From Minisyncoccota bacterium (GTDB lineage Bacteria; Patescibacteriota; Microgenomatia; UBA1400; UBA12028), in the NCBI GenBank assembly GCA_016211945.1, contig JACRHV010000004.1, forward strand, positions 2,649 through 66,648: 64,000 bases of DNA, given 5' to 3'. Below are positions 48,334 through 56,770 of the stretch, in pieces. The translations under genes and the position numbers were made by a program. The notes beneath the pieces are model-generated. The model had not been told where the DNA came from. It made no database searches and saw nothing but the letters and a program-made list of their open reading frames with translations. Numbering within the stretch: position 1 is the first letter of the stretch; each line of letters starts with the position of its first letter.

Positions 48334-48340
48334 ACCAGAC

Positions 48341-49600
48341 ATGGATAATTATCTTTATCCTCTTCCACGAAAAATATTACTCAAAAGATTTGAGAGCTTA
48401 TTCTGGTGTATTGCCCATCGCTCTTCCGTGAGCTTCGTCGGTCTTCCAGAAAGTGCAAAAAGCGGGTATCTTCAATTCATTCTCAGTAAACCAGACCATC
48501 TTGAGGAATTATTACAAGATCATATAAAAAATACTATTCTTGTCTATTTCTCGCCAATATCATTTGAGCCGAATAATCCATACGCATGGCTTCACCAACT
48601 CAACATTAAACTCGCTGAGATAGATTCGACATACCACTGCATACAAAGCAATGACCCTGTCATAGTGCTCTCTTCAATACAACACTATCTCATTCAGCTT
48701 CATGATCGAGGCAAGCATTGCGTTTTCATCATAAACAATCAGGAGTACTGGACCTCTTTGCCCTCTGTGGCAGGACAAATATGGAAAGCAATTTTTGATA
48801 CAAAAAGGCATCCGCCAAACCCGGCATGCTCACTTGTTTTCCTCCTTCACACATCTCCATACATCCTTCAAGATTCATCTGATTTTTTCCGCGAACTATA
48901 CATTCCTCTGCAAGAAAATGTGCTTTTCTTTCCAACTCTTTCTCAAGAAGAATCTTTATATACTATTCAACGTTTTTCTTCCTTTTCTCATAATGAGTTG
49001 TCCATTCAGATAAAAAATATGCTTGTTCAATATTCTGGTGGATATTATCCCGTTTTGAGAGAGAGCGTACGATTATTCTTCAGAGTGAAGAGAAAAATTA
49101 CGCAAAAGCATCTTCTTCAATTAGGGAAACATGACGTTCTTCTTTCTCTTTTTCAAAAGATGTGGGACTCATTCACCGAATCAGAAAAAAGTGTTTTGAG
49201 ACGTATTGTTCAGTACAAATCCGTTCCCAAAGATACAGAACAGCAACAATTTCTTTCTAGATTAGGAGTCATAGCAAACACCGGAAAACTCCAATCATTG
49301 TGGTTTGAGATATTTATCCGTGAAAAAATGTATCGCTCGGCATTATCGCCATTTGAGGTTGATCGATTTTCATATCTGTCCGGCATTGAACAAACATTGA
49401 TCCATGAATTTCTCAAACGGAAAAATGAAGTTATTTCCCGAGAAGAAATCGCTCAAATTCTCTGGGGAGAAAAATATCTTGAAAAATATTCTGATTGGGC
49501 GATAGATAAAACCATCTCGAGAATGCGAAAAAATATGGAACATCATCACTCTACTATTAGTGTTCAAACCATCAAGGGAAAAGGGTATCAAATCATATGA
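48341..49600 (+). CDS. OmpR/PhoB-type winged-helix DNA-binding protein with a ~300 aa N-terminal degenerate P-loop NTPase-like domain (no receiver domain recognised)
   Basis: C-terminal trans_reg_C-like segment ISREEIAQILWGEKY...DWAIDKTISRMRKNM...ISVQTIKGKGYQI. N-terminal Walker-A-like GLPESAKS and Walker-B-like HCVFIINNQE, both degenerate. Confidence 0.6.
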   Translation: MDNYLYPLPRKILLKRFESLFWCIAHRSSVSFVGLPESAKSGYLQFILSKPDHLEELLQDHIKNTILVYFSPISFEPNNPYAWLHQLNIKLAEIDSTYHCIQSNDPVIVLSSIQHYLIQLHDRGKHCVFIINNQEYWTSLPSVAGQIWKAIFDTKRHPPNPACSLVFLLHTSPYILQDSSDFFRELYIPLQENVLFFPTLSQEESLYTIQRFSSFSHNELSIQIKNMLVQYSGGYYPVLRESVRLFFRVKRKITQKHLLQLGKHDVLLSLFQKMWDSFTESEKSVLRRIVQYKSVPKDTEQQQFLSRLGVIANTGKLQSLWFEIFIREKMYRSALSPFEVDRFSYLSGIEQTLIHEFLKRKNEVISREEIAQILWGEKYLEKYSDWAIDKTISRMRKNMEHHHSTISVQTIKGKGYQII

Positions 49601-51207
49601 CAGCACGAACAGATCATGAAAATAGAATGCGAAGGATCACAGTCGGTGTTGATAATGTGCTTGTTATGGCGCAAAAACGATCAGAAATCCTTCAACCAGA
49701 TGAAGAAGATGAATCTTTTGTTATCCCTACTCTACAAACGATAACAGAACGGGAATCATCGATGATTCAATACATTCAATGCATGTTAAAAAATTCACAT
49801 CATCAGGCACAAATTGTCCTTGTCGGCGACGCTGCTTTAGCAGAAATTCGCGGATATCGATTACCAAGTCAAAAAACCACAGATCTTGATCTTCTTGTTA
49901 TAGGTGTGACTCAAGATGAGGTTGAGAAAGTATTACATGACCATCAGGCCGAAGGAAAATACACTATTTCATATGATTATGCTCGTACATATCCTGGAAA
50001 AAGAAAAATATACTATAGACTTACATTTAAAGATGGAGTTCAAGTACATGTCTTTTGCACCATTTTTCCAGACACAAAAGAGCAACTTCTTGATATTGGA
50101 GATGCGCTTCGCCACTTACCAAATGGAACCGTGGGAATTATTTGCGAAGGGCATGAGTATCGAGGATACTCACCATTTCAGAATGGGATTGACCATGTGC
50201 GCGACAATACCATTGTAGGCCATCCATTCCCAGAGGGCGTAGAATCTGGATCTATTGCAACATTTACCGCAGTACTTCGATGGATTATCGACACACAAAG
50301 ACTTCCGTATTTTTCTATTCCAAACGAGGACTATAACAAGATGAGACGATGGTCTGCCGCTTTTCAAGAACAGAATCTCACAGACGAAGAAACTCAAACA
50401 CTTGATGTTGTTCTTCACTCTGAACTTTCAAAAGCTTTTGATCGATTTGGAAAAAGTGATAACAGAGAAAGTGCATCAATTTTCTTTTGGAAACTTCAGT
50501 ACACTGGATTTCTTCAGGCATTACTTGGGCCGGCATGGTCAATTACCTCGCGGCGATTGTCTTCTCAAGATCCACATCGCCTTGCCTTGATGAATTTTTT
50601 TGGTCAGGAAAGTAGTTGGGAAATATTTCAGACAGCTTTTACATTATGTTCAGATATCCCAACAGCAGAAATCGCAGAAAGAACTGGATTACCACTTCCT
50701 GAACACTGGCATACATCAATCTATTGGAATAAAAAAGTACTGGAGAACATAAGTGAAAAACCATTAGTATTTGAGGGTATATACATCCCCGCTTCTCAAG
50801 TGATTCACCATCAAACTGCCGATAAAAAATATCATGCTGTTTCTTATCAAGATTTCATTACACGAAAGATACTATATGAAAAAGCTCATGATATTTATTG
50901 GAAACAAATTCAACCACGCATTGAACGATTTATTTTGAGAGAAAGGCGAGATATATATAAAGAAACAGGGCTCGATATTTTTGGCGGAAAAGAAGGTATT
51001 TTTGAGGAAATGGTGCGCACCGCAATTATTCGTCTATTGATGTCTGATGTGTTTGAGCAAGCTTTTTACCAATCGCTTACTCTGGCACAATACACTGATC
51101 TTTTATCAGCAGACACTTCTTTTACTTCAAAACTTGATAGACAACTTGCAGAACTTTTGAATGTGTGGCATAACATTCCTGTTGAAAAAAGACACAAAAC
51201 TACGTAA
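49597..51207 (+). CDS. Pol-beta-superfamily nucleotidyltransferase domain protein (AbiEii/DUF1814-like motif) with a long C-terminal extension, 536 aa
   Basis: hG[GS]x9-13Dh[DE]h-type signature IVLVGDAALAEIRGYRLPSQKTTDLDLLVIG resembles GGTAL...R.S.DLDF of AbiEii-like NTases. Start overlaps the upstream stop (ATGA). An internal MIQYIQ start would put the motif near the N-terminus. Confidence 0.55.
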   Translation: MTARTDHENRMRRITVGVDNVLVMAQKRSEILQPDEEDESFVIPTLQTITERESSMIQYIQCMLKNSHHQAQIVLVGDAALAEIRGYRLPSQKTTDLDLLVIGVTQDEVEKVLHDHQAEGKYTISYDYARTYPGKRKIYYRLTFKDGVQVHVFCTIFPDTKEQLLDIGDALRHLPNGTVGIICEGHEYRGYSPFQNGIDHVRDNTIVGHPFPEGVESGSIATFTAVLRWIIDTQRLPYFSIPNEDYNKMRRWSAAFQEQNLTDEETQTLDVVLHSELSKAFDRFGKSDNRESASIFFWKLQYTGFLQALLGPAWSITSRRLSSQDPHRLALMNFFGQESSWEIFQTAFTLCSDIPTAEIAERTGLPLPEHWHTSIYWNKKVLENISEKPLVFEGIYIPASQVIHHQTADKKYHAVSYQDFITRKILYEKAHDIYWKQIQPRIERFILRERRDIYKETGLDIFGGKEGIFEEMVRTAIIRLLMSDVFEQAFYQSLTLAQYTDLLSADTSFTSKLDRQLAELLNVWHNIPVEKRHKTT

Positions 51208-51209
51208 AT

Positions 51210-52010
51210 CTACTTCTCCACCGCCACATAGGTCTTTGCGAAATCCACTTCCGCAGTTGCTGATTTCCCATCAACTTTCGTTGGGTAACTTTTCCACTCT
51301 TTTCCCGTCCAGGCCATAATGACGGCTGGTTTTGCATCGGATAACCGCAATGAGACTTTTACTTTACCATCTTGCATAGAGGTAGTTCCAGCAATAGAGT
51401 ATGGTCCCGCTAATACAGTTTTTTCCAAAGAACCGGGAAGACCTGGATTATTAAACACAATCACATATGCAGATCCTTTAAACAACTTTCCTGTTTCTAT
51501 CTGAAACTTCCCATCTCTTGAAGCAAAAGAGGTTTGTGGCTTTTTGTTATCAACATATGACCACTCGTTGGAAAGTTTGTAGTTCGCGTTATAAAACGTA
51601 AGGACTAAACTCCCACCGGTGACGTTTTCGTGATAGGTAATCTTTCCACCGCCACTTTTTGATCCAAGCAACACTGTTTTCACATACGGCGATTTTCCTC
51701 GGCCAAAATCAATAGAGCCAATTGCCGCCTCCTCTTTGTCTCCAGCCGAATACTGTAACTCATAGTCCACGCTCTCAGCCTTCTTCTGCAGATCACCAAT
51801 AGTCATCACAACCTCGCGTGCAGGAGTAGGCTCTAACATAACAAAGGGGCGCTCAGCCGCTGGTATTTGATTTATTGGTAAAGAGAGTTTTGGTTTTAGC
51901 GTTGGAGAAGGCGTGGTCGACGCCGTCTTCTTTCCCTTGTTCATCAATAAAAATACGCCGCCGCCTAAAACCGCAATGCCAACCAACAAAAGAAGGGTGA
52001 GTTTTTTCAT
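51210..52010 (-). CDS. Membrane-anchored/secreted hypothetical protein (266 aa)
   Basis: N-terminal TM/signal (MKKLTLLLLVGIAVLGGGVFLL), then a Pro/Thr/Ser linker and a beta-rich domain; overlaps the glyQS stop by 4 nt. Confidence 0.45.
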   Translation of the reverse strand: MKKLTLLLLVGIAVLGGGVFLLMNKGKKTASTTPSPTLKPKLSLPINQIPAAERPFVMLEPTPAREVVMTIGDLQKKAESVDYELQYSAGDKEEAAIGSIDFGRGKSPYVKTVLLGSKSGGGKITYHENVTGGSLVLTFYNANYKLSNEWSYVDNKKPQTSFASRDGKFQIETGKLFKGSAYVIVFNNPGLPGSLEKTVLAGPYSIAGTTSMQDGKVKVSLRLSDAKPAVIMAWTGKEWKSYPTKVDGKSATAEVDFAKTYVAVEK

Positions 52011-53386
52011 TGCACTATTCCTTTCAGTTCGTCTACTGCGACTCGTGTTTGTTCTGCTGTATCTCTATTACGTACCGTTACGGTGTTGTCCTCGAGCGTT
52101 TGGTAGTCTACCGTAATGCAGTACGGCGTTCCAATCTCATCCTGCGCCATGTATCGCTTTCCTATATTTCCACGATCATCCCACGCAACTGCTCGATCCA
52201 ATCTCAACATATCATAGACAGCACGCGCTTTCTCAACGAGCTCCGGTTTGTTGGAAACGAGTGGAAATACCGCGGCTTTATATGGCGCCAGGCTTGGATG
52301 CAGTTTCAACACAACACGCTGTTTCGCTTCATCAAACCAATAGGCATCACAGAGAATCATCAAGAATAGCCGAGTTATCCCAACCGCAGGCTCGATGACA
52401 TGCGGAACAATTCTTGTCCCCGTTTGCGGATTCACATACGACAAATCCACACCAGAGAACTTGATGTGTTGACTTAAGTCATAATCAGTTCTGTAAGCCA
52501 AACCCCAGAGTTCTTTGTATCCAAACGGGTAGTTGTACTCTAGGTCTTCTGTACGCTTACTATAGAAACTGCGTTCTTCATCGGTGTGTGTGCGCCACCT
52601 CAGATTTTTTGGTTGAACCCCAAGTTGCTCCGTAACAAACGCCCACATATCCTTCTTCCACTGTTCATACAGTGGCTCCCACGGTGTCACCTGAGGATCA
52701 AAGAAGTACTCAATTTCTCCCTGCTCGAACTCAAGCGTGCGGAACACAAAGTTTCCTTTTGTGATCTCGTTGCGAAAACTCTTTCCGAGCTGTCCAATAC
52801 CAAACGGCAGTTTTACTCGGGAAGAATCAACGACATTCTTGAAGTTTACGAACATTCCCTGCGCGGTCTCACCACGAAGATAGGCGAGCGACTGCGATTC
52901 TTCGAGGATTCCGAGCTGCACAGGAAAAAGAAGGTTGAACTTGCGCACTGAGGTCCAGTCGAACTTCCCACAGGATGGACAGGGGATTTTTTCTTTCTGA
53001 ATAATTGCGTTGAGTTCTTCGTCTGACTTCCCCTCAACCTTCTCAGTTGTGTTTTGCGACTCAAAGTATGCCTCGATGAGATGATCTGCGCGCGTTCTCA
53101 TTTTGCACGCTTTACAATCGACCATCGCGTCAGCAAATCCCGCAACATGCCCGGAGGCCTTCCAGATATTTGCATGCGAGATAATACTCGCGTCCAGTCC
53201 AACCATGTCTGTTCGAGATTCAATAAATGTTTTCCACCAGATGTTTCGAATATTGCGCAACAACGCAGCTCCCATAGGACCGTAGTCATAAAGGTTTGCC
53301 AATCCGCCGTAAATTTCAGAATTTTGGAACACAAAACCACGACGCTTGGCCAAAGCAACAATCGTGTCCAGTGTGAGTTGGTTCAT
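52007..53386 (-). CDS. glyQS: Glycyl-tRNA synthetase, class II homodimeric type
   Basis: N-terminal LAKRRGFVFQNSEIYGGLANLYDYGPMG, class II motifs, C-terminal anticodon-binding domain. Start at MNQLTLD (53386) preceded by AAGGAGG. Confidence 0.95.
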   Translation of the reverse strand: MNQLTLDTIVALAKRRGFVFQNSEIYGGLANLYDYGPMGAALLRNIRNIWWKTFIESRTDMVGLDASIISHANIWKASGHVAGFADAMVDCKACKMRTRADHLIEAYFESQNTTEKVEGKSDEELNAIIQKEKIPCPSCGKFDWTSVRKFNLLFPVQLGILEESQSLAYLRGETAQGMFVNFKNVVDSSRVKLPFGIGQLGKSFRNEITKGNFVFRTLEFEQGEIEYFFDPQVTPWEPLYEQWKKDMWAFVTEQLGVQPKNLRWRTHTDEERSFYSKRTEDLEYNYPFGYKELWGLAYRTDYDLSQHIKFSGVDLSYVNPQTGTRIVPHVIEPAVGITRLFLMILCDAYWFDEAKQRVVLKLHPSLAPYKAAVFPLVSNKPELVEKARAVYDMLRLDRAVAWDDRGNIGKRYMAQDEIGTPYCITVDYQTLEDNTVTVRNRDTAEQTRVAVDELKGIVQ

Positions 53387-53570
53387 AGAACCTCCTTTTT
53401 CTCTACAAAAAAGCCCTCCAGCTTTCTTGTTGCTGCAGGGACCCACTTGGGCGGTTCCACCCTACTTCGTTTGCTTGCGCAGACGCTCTTTCTTTCTTTT
53501 GCACTCCCGGCTGCCAACCGATCACTATGCGTTCTACAAAGAAGTATACGTGGCTGTACGCGATTGTCAA
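53387..53570 (-). promoter_or_regulatory. Promoter plus minimal T-box riboswitch leader of glyQS
   Basis: On the minus strand: TTGACA (53565-53570) - 16 nt - TATACT (53543-53548). T-box core AGGGUGGAACCGCCC (plus 53449-53465). Terminator CCCUGCAGC-loop-GCUGGAGGG + CUUUUUUG (53405-53440). A GGC triplet is present in the candidate specifier region. Confidence 0.65.
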
Positions 53571-53574
53571 ATGC

Positions 53575-54117
53575 TTACTTCTTCACCGTCAAAAATGCGA
53601 AACTATGCATCTTTCTCTCCGAGAGAAACTCGACATACTCTGATACAGACTCAAATTTTGTATCATCGATATCCTGAAATCCCAATGTCCCCATGATATC
53701 TTTTAACATCTCAATAATTTCTCTCCTATGCGAAGCATCAGACTGATTCAGCGTCCGCAAAATCTCCACCGCAACATCAAACACCCCATCCTGCGTCTCT
53801 TCCTCTACCATCACGGTATCAAAAATCTCTAATACCTGAGAAAGACTCTTTGTGGTATGGAGACTTTTTCTGCTCTCTGGAAAATCTTCAATGATCTGCG
53901 CTTGGGTCAAGATCGGCAACCCATGCCCCTTAGCACAGAAAATCTTTGAGTACATTCCAGGTTCAAGTGCAGATCGTTTGGATGAAGTTGTTTTGCGTAC
54001 ACCCTTTGCAACGCACGAGATCTTACCGTAGTCTCGTGTAAAAAGTGTGACGATACGATCAGCTTCCCCAGCATTCGAACGTTTAAGTACGATTCCCTCT
54101 GTTGCAAACGTTCGCAT
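53575..54117 (-). CDS. recO: DNA repair protein RecO (short form, 180 aa)
   Basis: N-terminal OB-fold pattern TEGIVLKRSNAGEADRIVTLFTRDYGKISCVAKGVRK typical of RecO. Confidence 0.7.
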   Translation of the reverse strand: MRTFATEGIVLKRSNAGEADRIVTLFTRDYGKISCVAKGVRKTTSSKRSALEPGMYSKIFCAKGHGLPILTQAQIIEDFPESRKSLHTTKSLSQVLEIFDTVMVEEETQDGVFDVAVEILRTLNQSDASHRREIIEMLKDIMGTLGFQDIDDTKFESVSEYVEFLSERKMHSFAFLTVKK

Positions 54118-54138
54118 CTTCGATTACCCCATAGTACG

Positions 54139-56121
54139 TTAGAACGCAATCTTCACCATCGAATCTTTATCAACAATAATCTCTTGCTCACTACCATTCA
54201 CGCGCATCAGGTGTTTGATTCCCGGCGTTCCGCCCTGCTTCTGCACGTACATACGATATTCTTTGGAATCGGTATATGGCACGGTGTAGGTAATCTTAAT
54301 CTTTGCTTGATTAAGCGGCTGGAGCATAAACACACCCTCATAGACCATATGACCAAGTTCCTCACTCGTTTTTGTTGTTCCTGTATCGAATCCAAGCGAC
54401 TCTGTCACCTCTGCACCTTTTGGAAGATACACACGCACCCAATCAGTGAGGCGGCCGTTCAAACATAATTCACCTGCCTCCAAATTACAGTTTGATGGCG
54501 GAAATGGATTCTTGTAGGTCATTGCCAAAGTTTTCTTTACTCGACCATTCTGCGGTAAATCAATTTCTTCCTCAACTTGCTGTTGGACAAAAAGATTGGA
54601 CTTTGCACCACCGAGGTTTGTATCCACAATAAAAAGATAATCTGAGTTTTCCGGCGTCGGCTTGATACGCCCAGCAGCGCCAATGGACTCTGCCGCAGCC
54701 TGCGACTTCTCATCAAAGAAGTAGAACTGCACGTGTTTGCCTTCTATGCTCTTCCACGCCTCCTCAAACAGCTGTGGCCACAGCTGTTTTGGTGCGGTGT
54801 AGGCTTTGGACAAAATGCTATGCATCATCGGTCCGATAATCCCCTTGCGGTTGGTGCGCAGGTAGGGGGTTGGGCGATCAACAATCTCGGACATTGCATA
54901 AATGATTTGCGGACAATCACACCGCTTGTCTTTTTCCGCACTAAACGTACCGTATCCTGGAACTTCCACTGGACCTAAAATAGAGACGAGTTTTTCTAAG
55001 ACATTGGTATCTACTGCAATAATGCCGTCGATTTCCTTTGATTCACCAGGTAATTTTGACATATACGACCAAAACACATCCATAGAGTTCTTATAATCCG
55101 GCGACAAGTTCATGTCGCGCAGATTCCATCGCGTTTCTGTCTTTAAGTATTGTTTCAAGATTGGTGGAATTTCCGGCTTATTCCTAAATTTTTTATCTAA
55201 CTCATAAATATCATCCGACCGCTCCGGCGTTACTCGTCCGTCCTCAACAAACATCGTGGAAAACGCAGTCATAAATCCTCCGGTTGGTCGAAGTTCGTTG
55301 TCGTTCTGGAACAAGACCAAATATTTTTTGCGATGTCCATCACCTCCCGCAATAGCGGGCAATACTTCTAATACCGGCTTTGCCTCAATAACGGCTTGTG
55401 AGGCTCCTGCACTTAACTTTTTCATTGTGACAATACGCTCGCGAATCATGGTCCCGCGGAAAGATTCTGGGTATCGTTTTTCATCGATTTGGCCCAACTC
55501 TTTTCCTACTACGTCAAGTTTTGCCGTTAAATCATCAACAACGGGCGTCACCTTAGAAAGCGTAGCAATAATGAGCTTCAATCGATTTTCAATTGAGCCA
55601 CCGGTAAATGTGCCAGCACCAGTAAATCCCAGAACATCGGCGTACGGTTCAACCGCGTTCACCGCGATTTTTGCTGCCTCAACTCCAGCCTCCCCAGCAT
55701 TCAATGCATGCTCGCCATCGGTATAGTATGCGCTGGCTAGAGGTATGGACTTCACCCAAGCCAAAGCTTGATACTTTTCTCGAAGATCTTTAAATTTTTG
55801 CTCTGTTTCTTGGATTTTACTACTGGCCTCAATGAGATTTTGAGCCTTGAGTGCGTCGTATGCGCCACGCGCGGGGACCTCGATTTGACGCGCAACGATA
55901 AGGAGACCTCCTACTTCACCGATCATCTTCCATCCCACAAGTGCTAGGCTCCCTGCAACAATAAGGAGAACGACGAAAAACACAAGGAAGAATTTGACAA
56001 ATTTTGGTACACCTTTTTTGCTGTCTTTCTTCTTTAATGCCTCAGCAAGTGGATTTGTGTGGACACTTTCCTGAGGAGTTGGGGAAATCGTCTCTATTTT
56101 TTGAACATCGAGCTCGTCCAT
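54139..56121 (-). CDS. DUF4012-like membrane-anchored protein (660 aa)
   Basis: N-terminal TM (FFLVFFVVLLIVAGSLALVGW) and the motif NDNELRPTGGF that I associate with DUF4012 proteins found next to polyprenyl-phosphate sugar transferases. Confidence 0.5.
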   Translation of the reverse strand: MDELDVQKIETISPTPQESVHTNPLAEALKKKDSKKGVPKFVKFFLVFFVVLLIVAGSLALVGWKMIGEVGGLLIVARQIEVPARGAYDALKAQNLIEASSKIQETEQKFKDLREKYQALAWVKSIPLASAYYTDGEHALNAGEAGVEAAKIAVNAVEPYADVLGFTGAGTFTGGSIENRLKLIIATLSKVTPVVDDLTAKLDVVGKELGQIDEKRYPESFRGTMIRERIVTMKKLSAGASQAVIEAKPVLEVLPAIAGGDGHRKKYLVLFQNDNELRPTGGFMTAFSTMFVEDGRVTPERSDDIYELDKKFRNKPEIPPILKQYLKTETRWNLRDMNLSPDYKNSMDVFWSYMSKLPGESKEIDGIIAVDTNVLEKLVSILGPVEVPGYGTFSAEKDKRCDCPQIIYAMSEIVDRPTPYLRTNRKGIIGPMMHSILSKAYTAPKQLWPQLFEEAWKSIEGKHVQFYFFDEKSQAAAESIGAAGRIKPTPENSDYLFIVDTNLGGAKSNLFVQQQVEEEIDLPQNGRVKKTLAMTYKNPFPPSNCNLEAGELCLNGRLTDWVRVYLPKGAEVTESLGFDTGTTKTSEELGHMVYEGVFMLQPLNQAKIKITYTVPYTDSKEYRMYVQKQGGTPGIKHLMRVNGSEQEIIVDKDSMVKIAF

Positions 56122-56137
56122 GGGCAGTTCTCCTTCA

Positions 56138-56758
56138 TCACCACTTAGAAATCATCGCCTGTGGTGTCCGTACGAGAATCAGCATATCATTCCAGATGGA
56201 GCGTTGTCTAGCATACTCTGCGTCCATCTTCGCACGGATGTTAAATGGAATCTCGTTTCTTCCGGAAGTTTGCCAAGGACCGGTAATTCCCGGTTTCACA
56301 GATAGAATTTCACGCACCAACTTCTGCGTTTCCGGATATTTGTGTTGCTGTTCTTCCAACTCTTTAGCGACGTATGCTCGAGGACCCACCATGCTCATAT
56401 CTCCCTTAAACACATTGTACAATTGTGGAAACTCATCGATGGTCAGTGATCGTAAAATTTTCCCTAACTTTGTAATGCGTGGATCGTTTTTTAGCTTCCA
56501 ATCGCCCTTTTTAAACTCACGCAAAAGTCTTTTATCTTTTCTGTGCAAAATATCATCGGCATCCTCGACCATAGAACGAAACTTGTAGAGATAAATAATC
56601 TTTCCATTCTTTCCTACACGTTTGTGCGTAAAAATCACCGGACCTTCTGAATCAAGCATAATGAGAATGGGAACGATAATCCACACCGGTAAAAATATCA
56701 CCGTCAAGATTGAGGCGACCACAAGATCCATCATGCGTTTTTGCGTTTCGTATGTCAT
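56138..56758 (-). CDS. Undecaprenyl-phosphate sugar phosphotransferase (small PglC/WbaP C-terminal type, Bac_transf)
   Basis: DLVVASILTVIFLPVWIIVPILIMLDSEGPVIFTHKRVGKNGKIIYLYKFRSM...DEFPQLYNVFKGDMSMVGPR. Confidence 0.85.
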   Translation of the reverse strand: MTYETQKRMMDLVVASILTVIFLPVWIIVPILIMLDSEGPVIFTHKRVGKNGKIIYLYKFRSMVEDADDILHRKDKRLLREFKKGDWKLKNDPRITKLGKILRSLTIDEFPQLYNVFKGDMSMVGPRAYVAKELEEQQHKYPETQKLVREILSVKPGITGPWQTSGRNEIPFNIRAKMDAEYARQRSIWNDMLILVRTPQAMISKW

Positions 56759-56770
56759 AGGTTTACCAAA

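Noticed and set aside
53054-53677. 207 aa plus-strand ORF
   Set aside because: Antisense to the glyQS 5' end, the T-box leader and the recO 3' end; no coding signal, and the region is explained by those features.
55256-55726. 156 aa plus-strand ORF
   Set aside because: Antisense shadow ORF inside the DUF4012-like gene.
56004-56588. 194 aa plus-strand ORF
   Set aside because: Antisense to the DUF4012-like gene 5' end and the sugar phosphotransferase gene; shadow frame.
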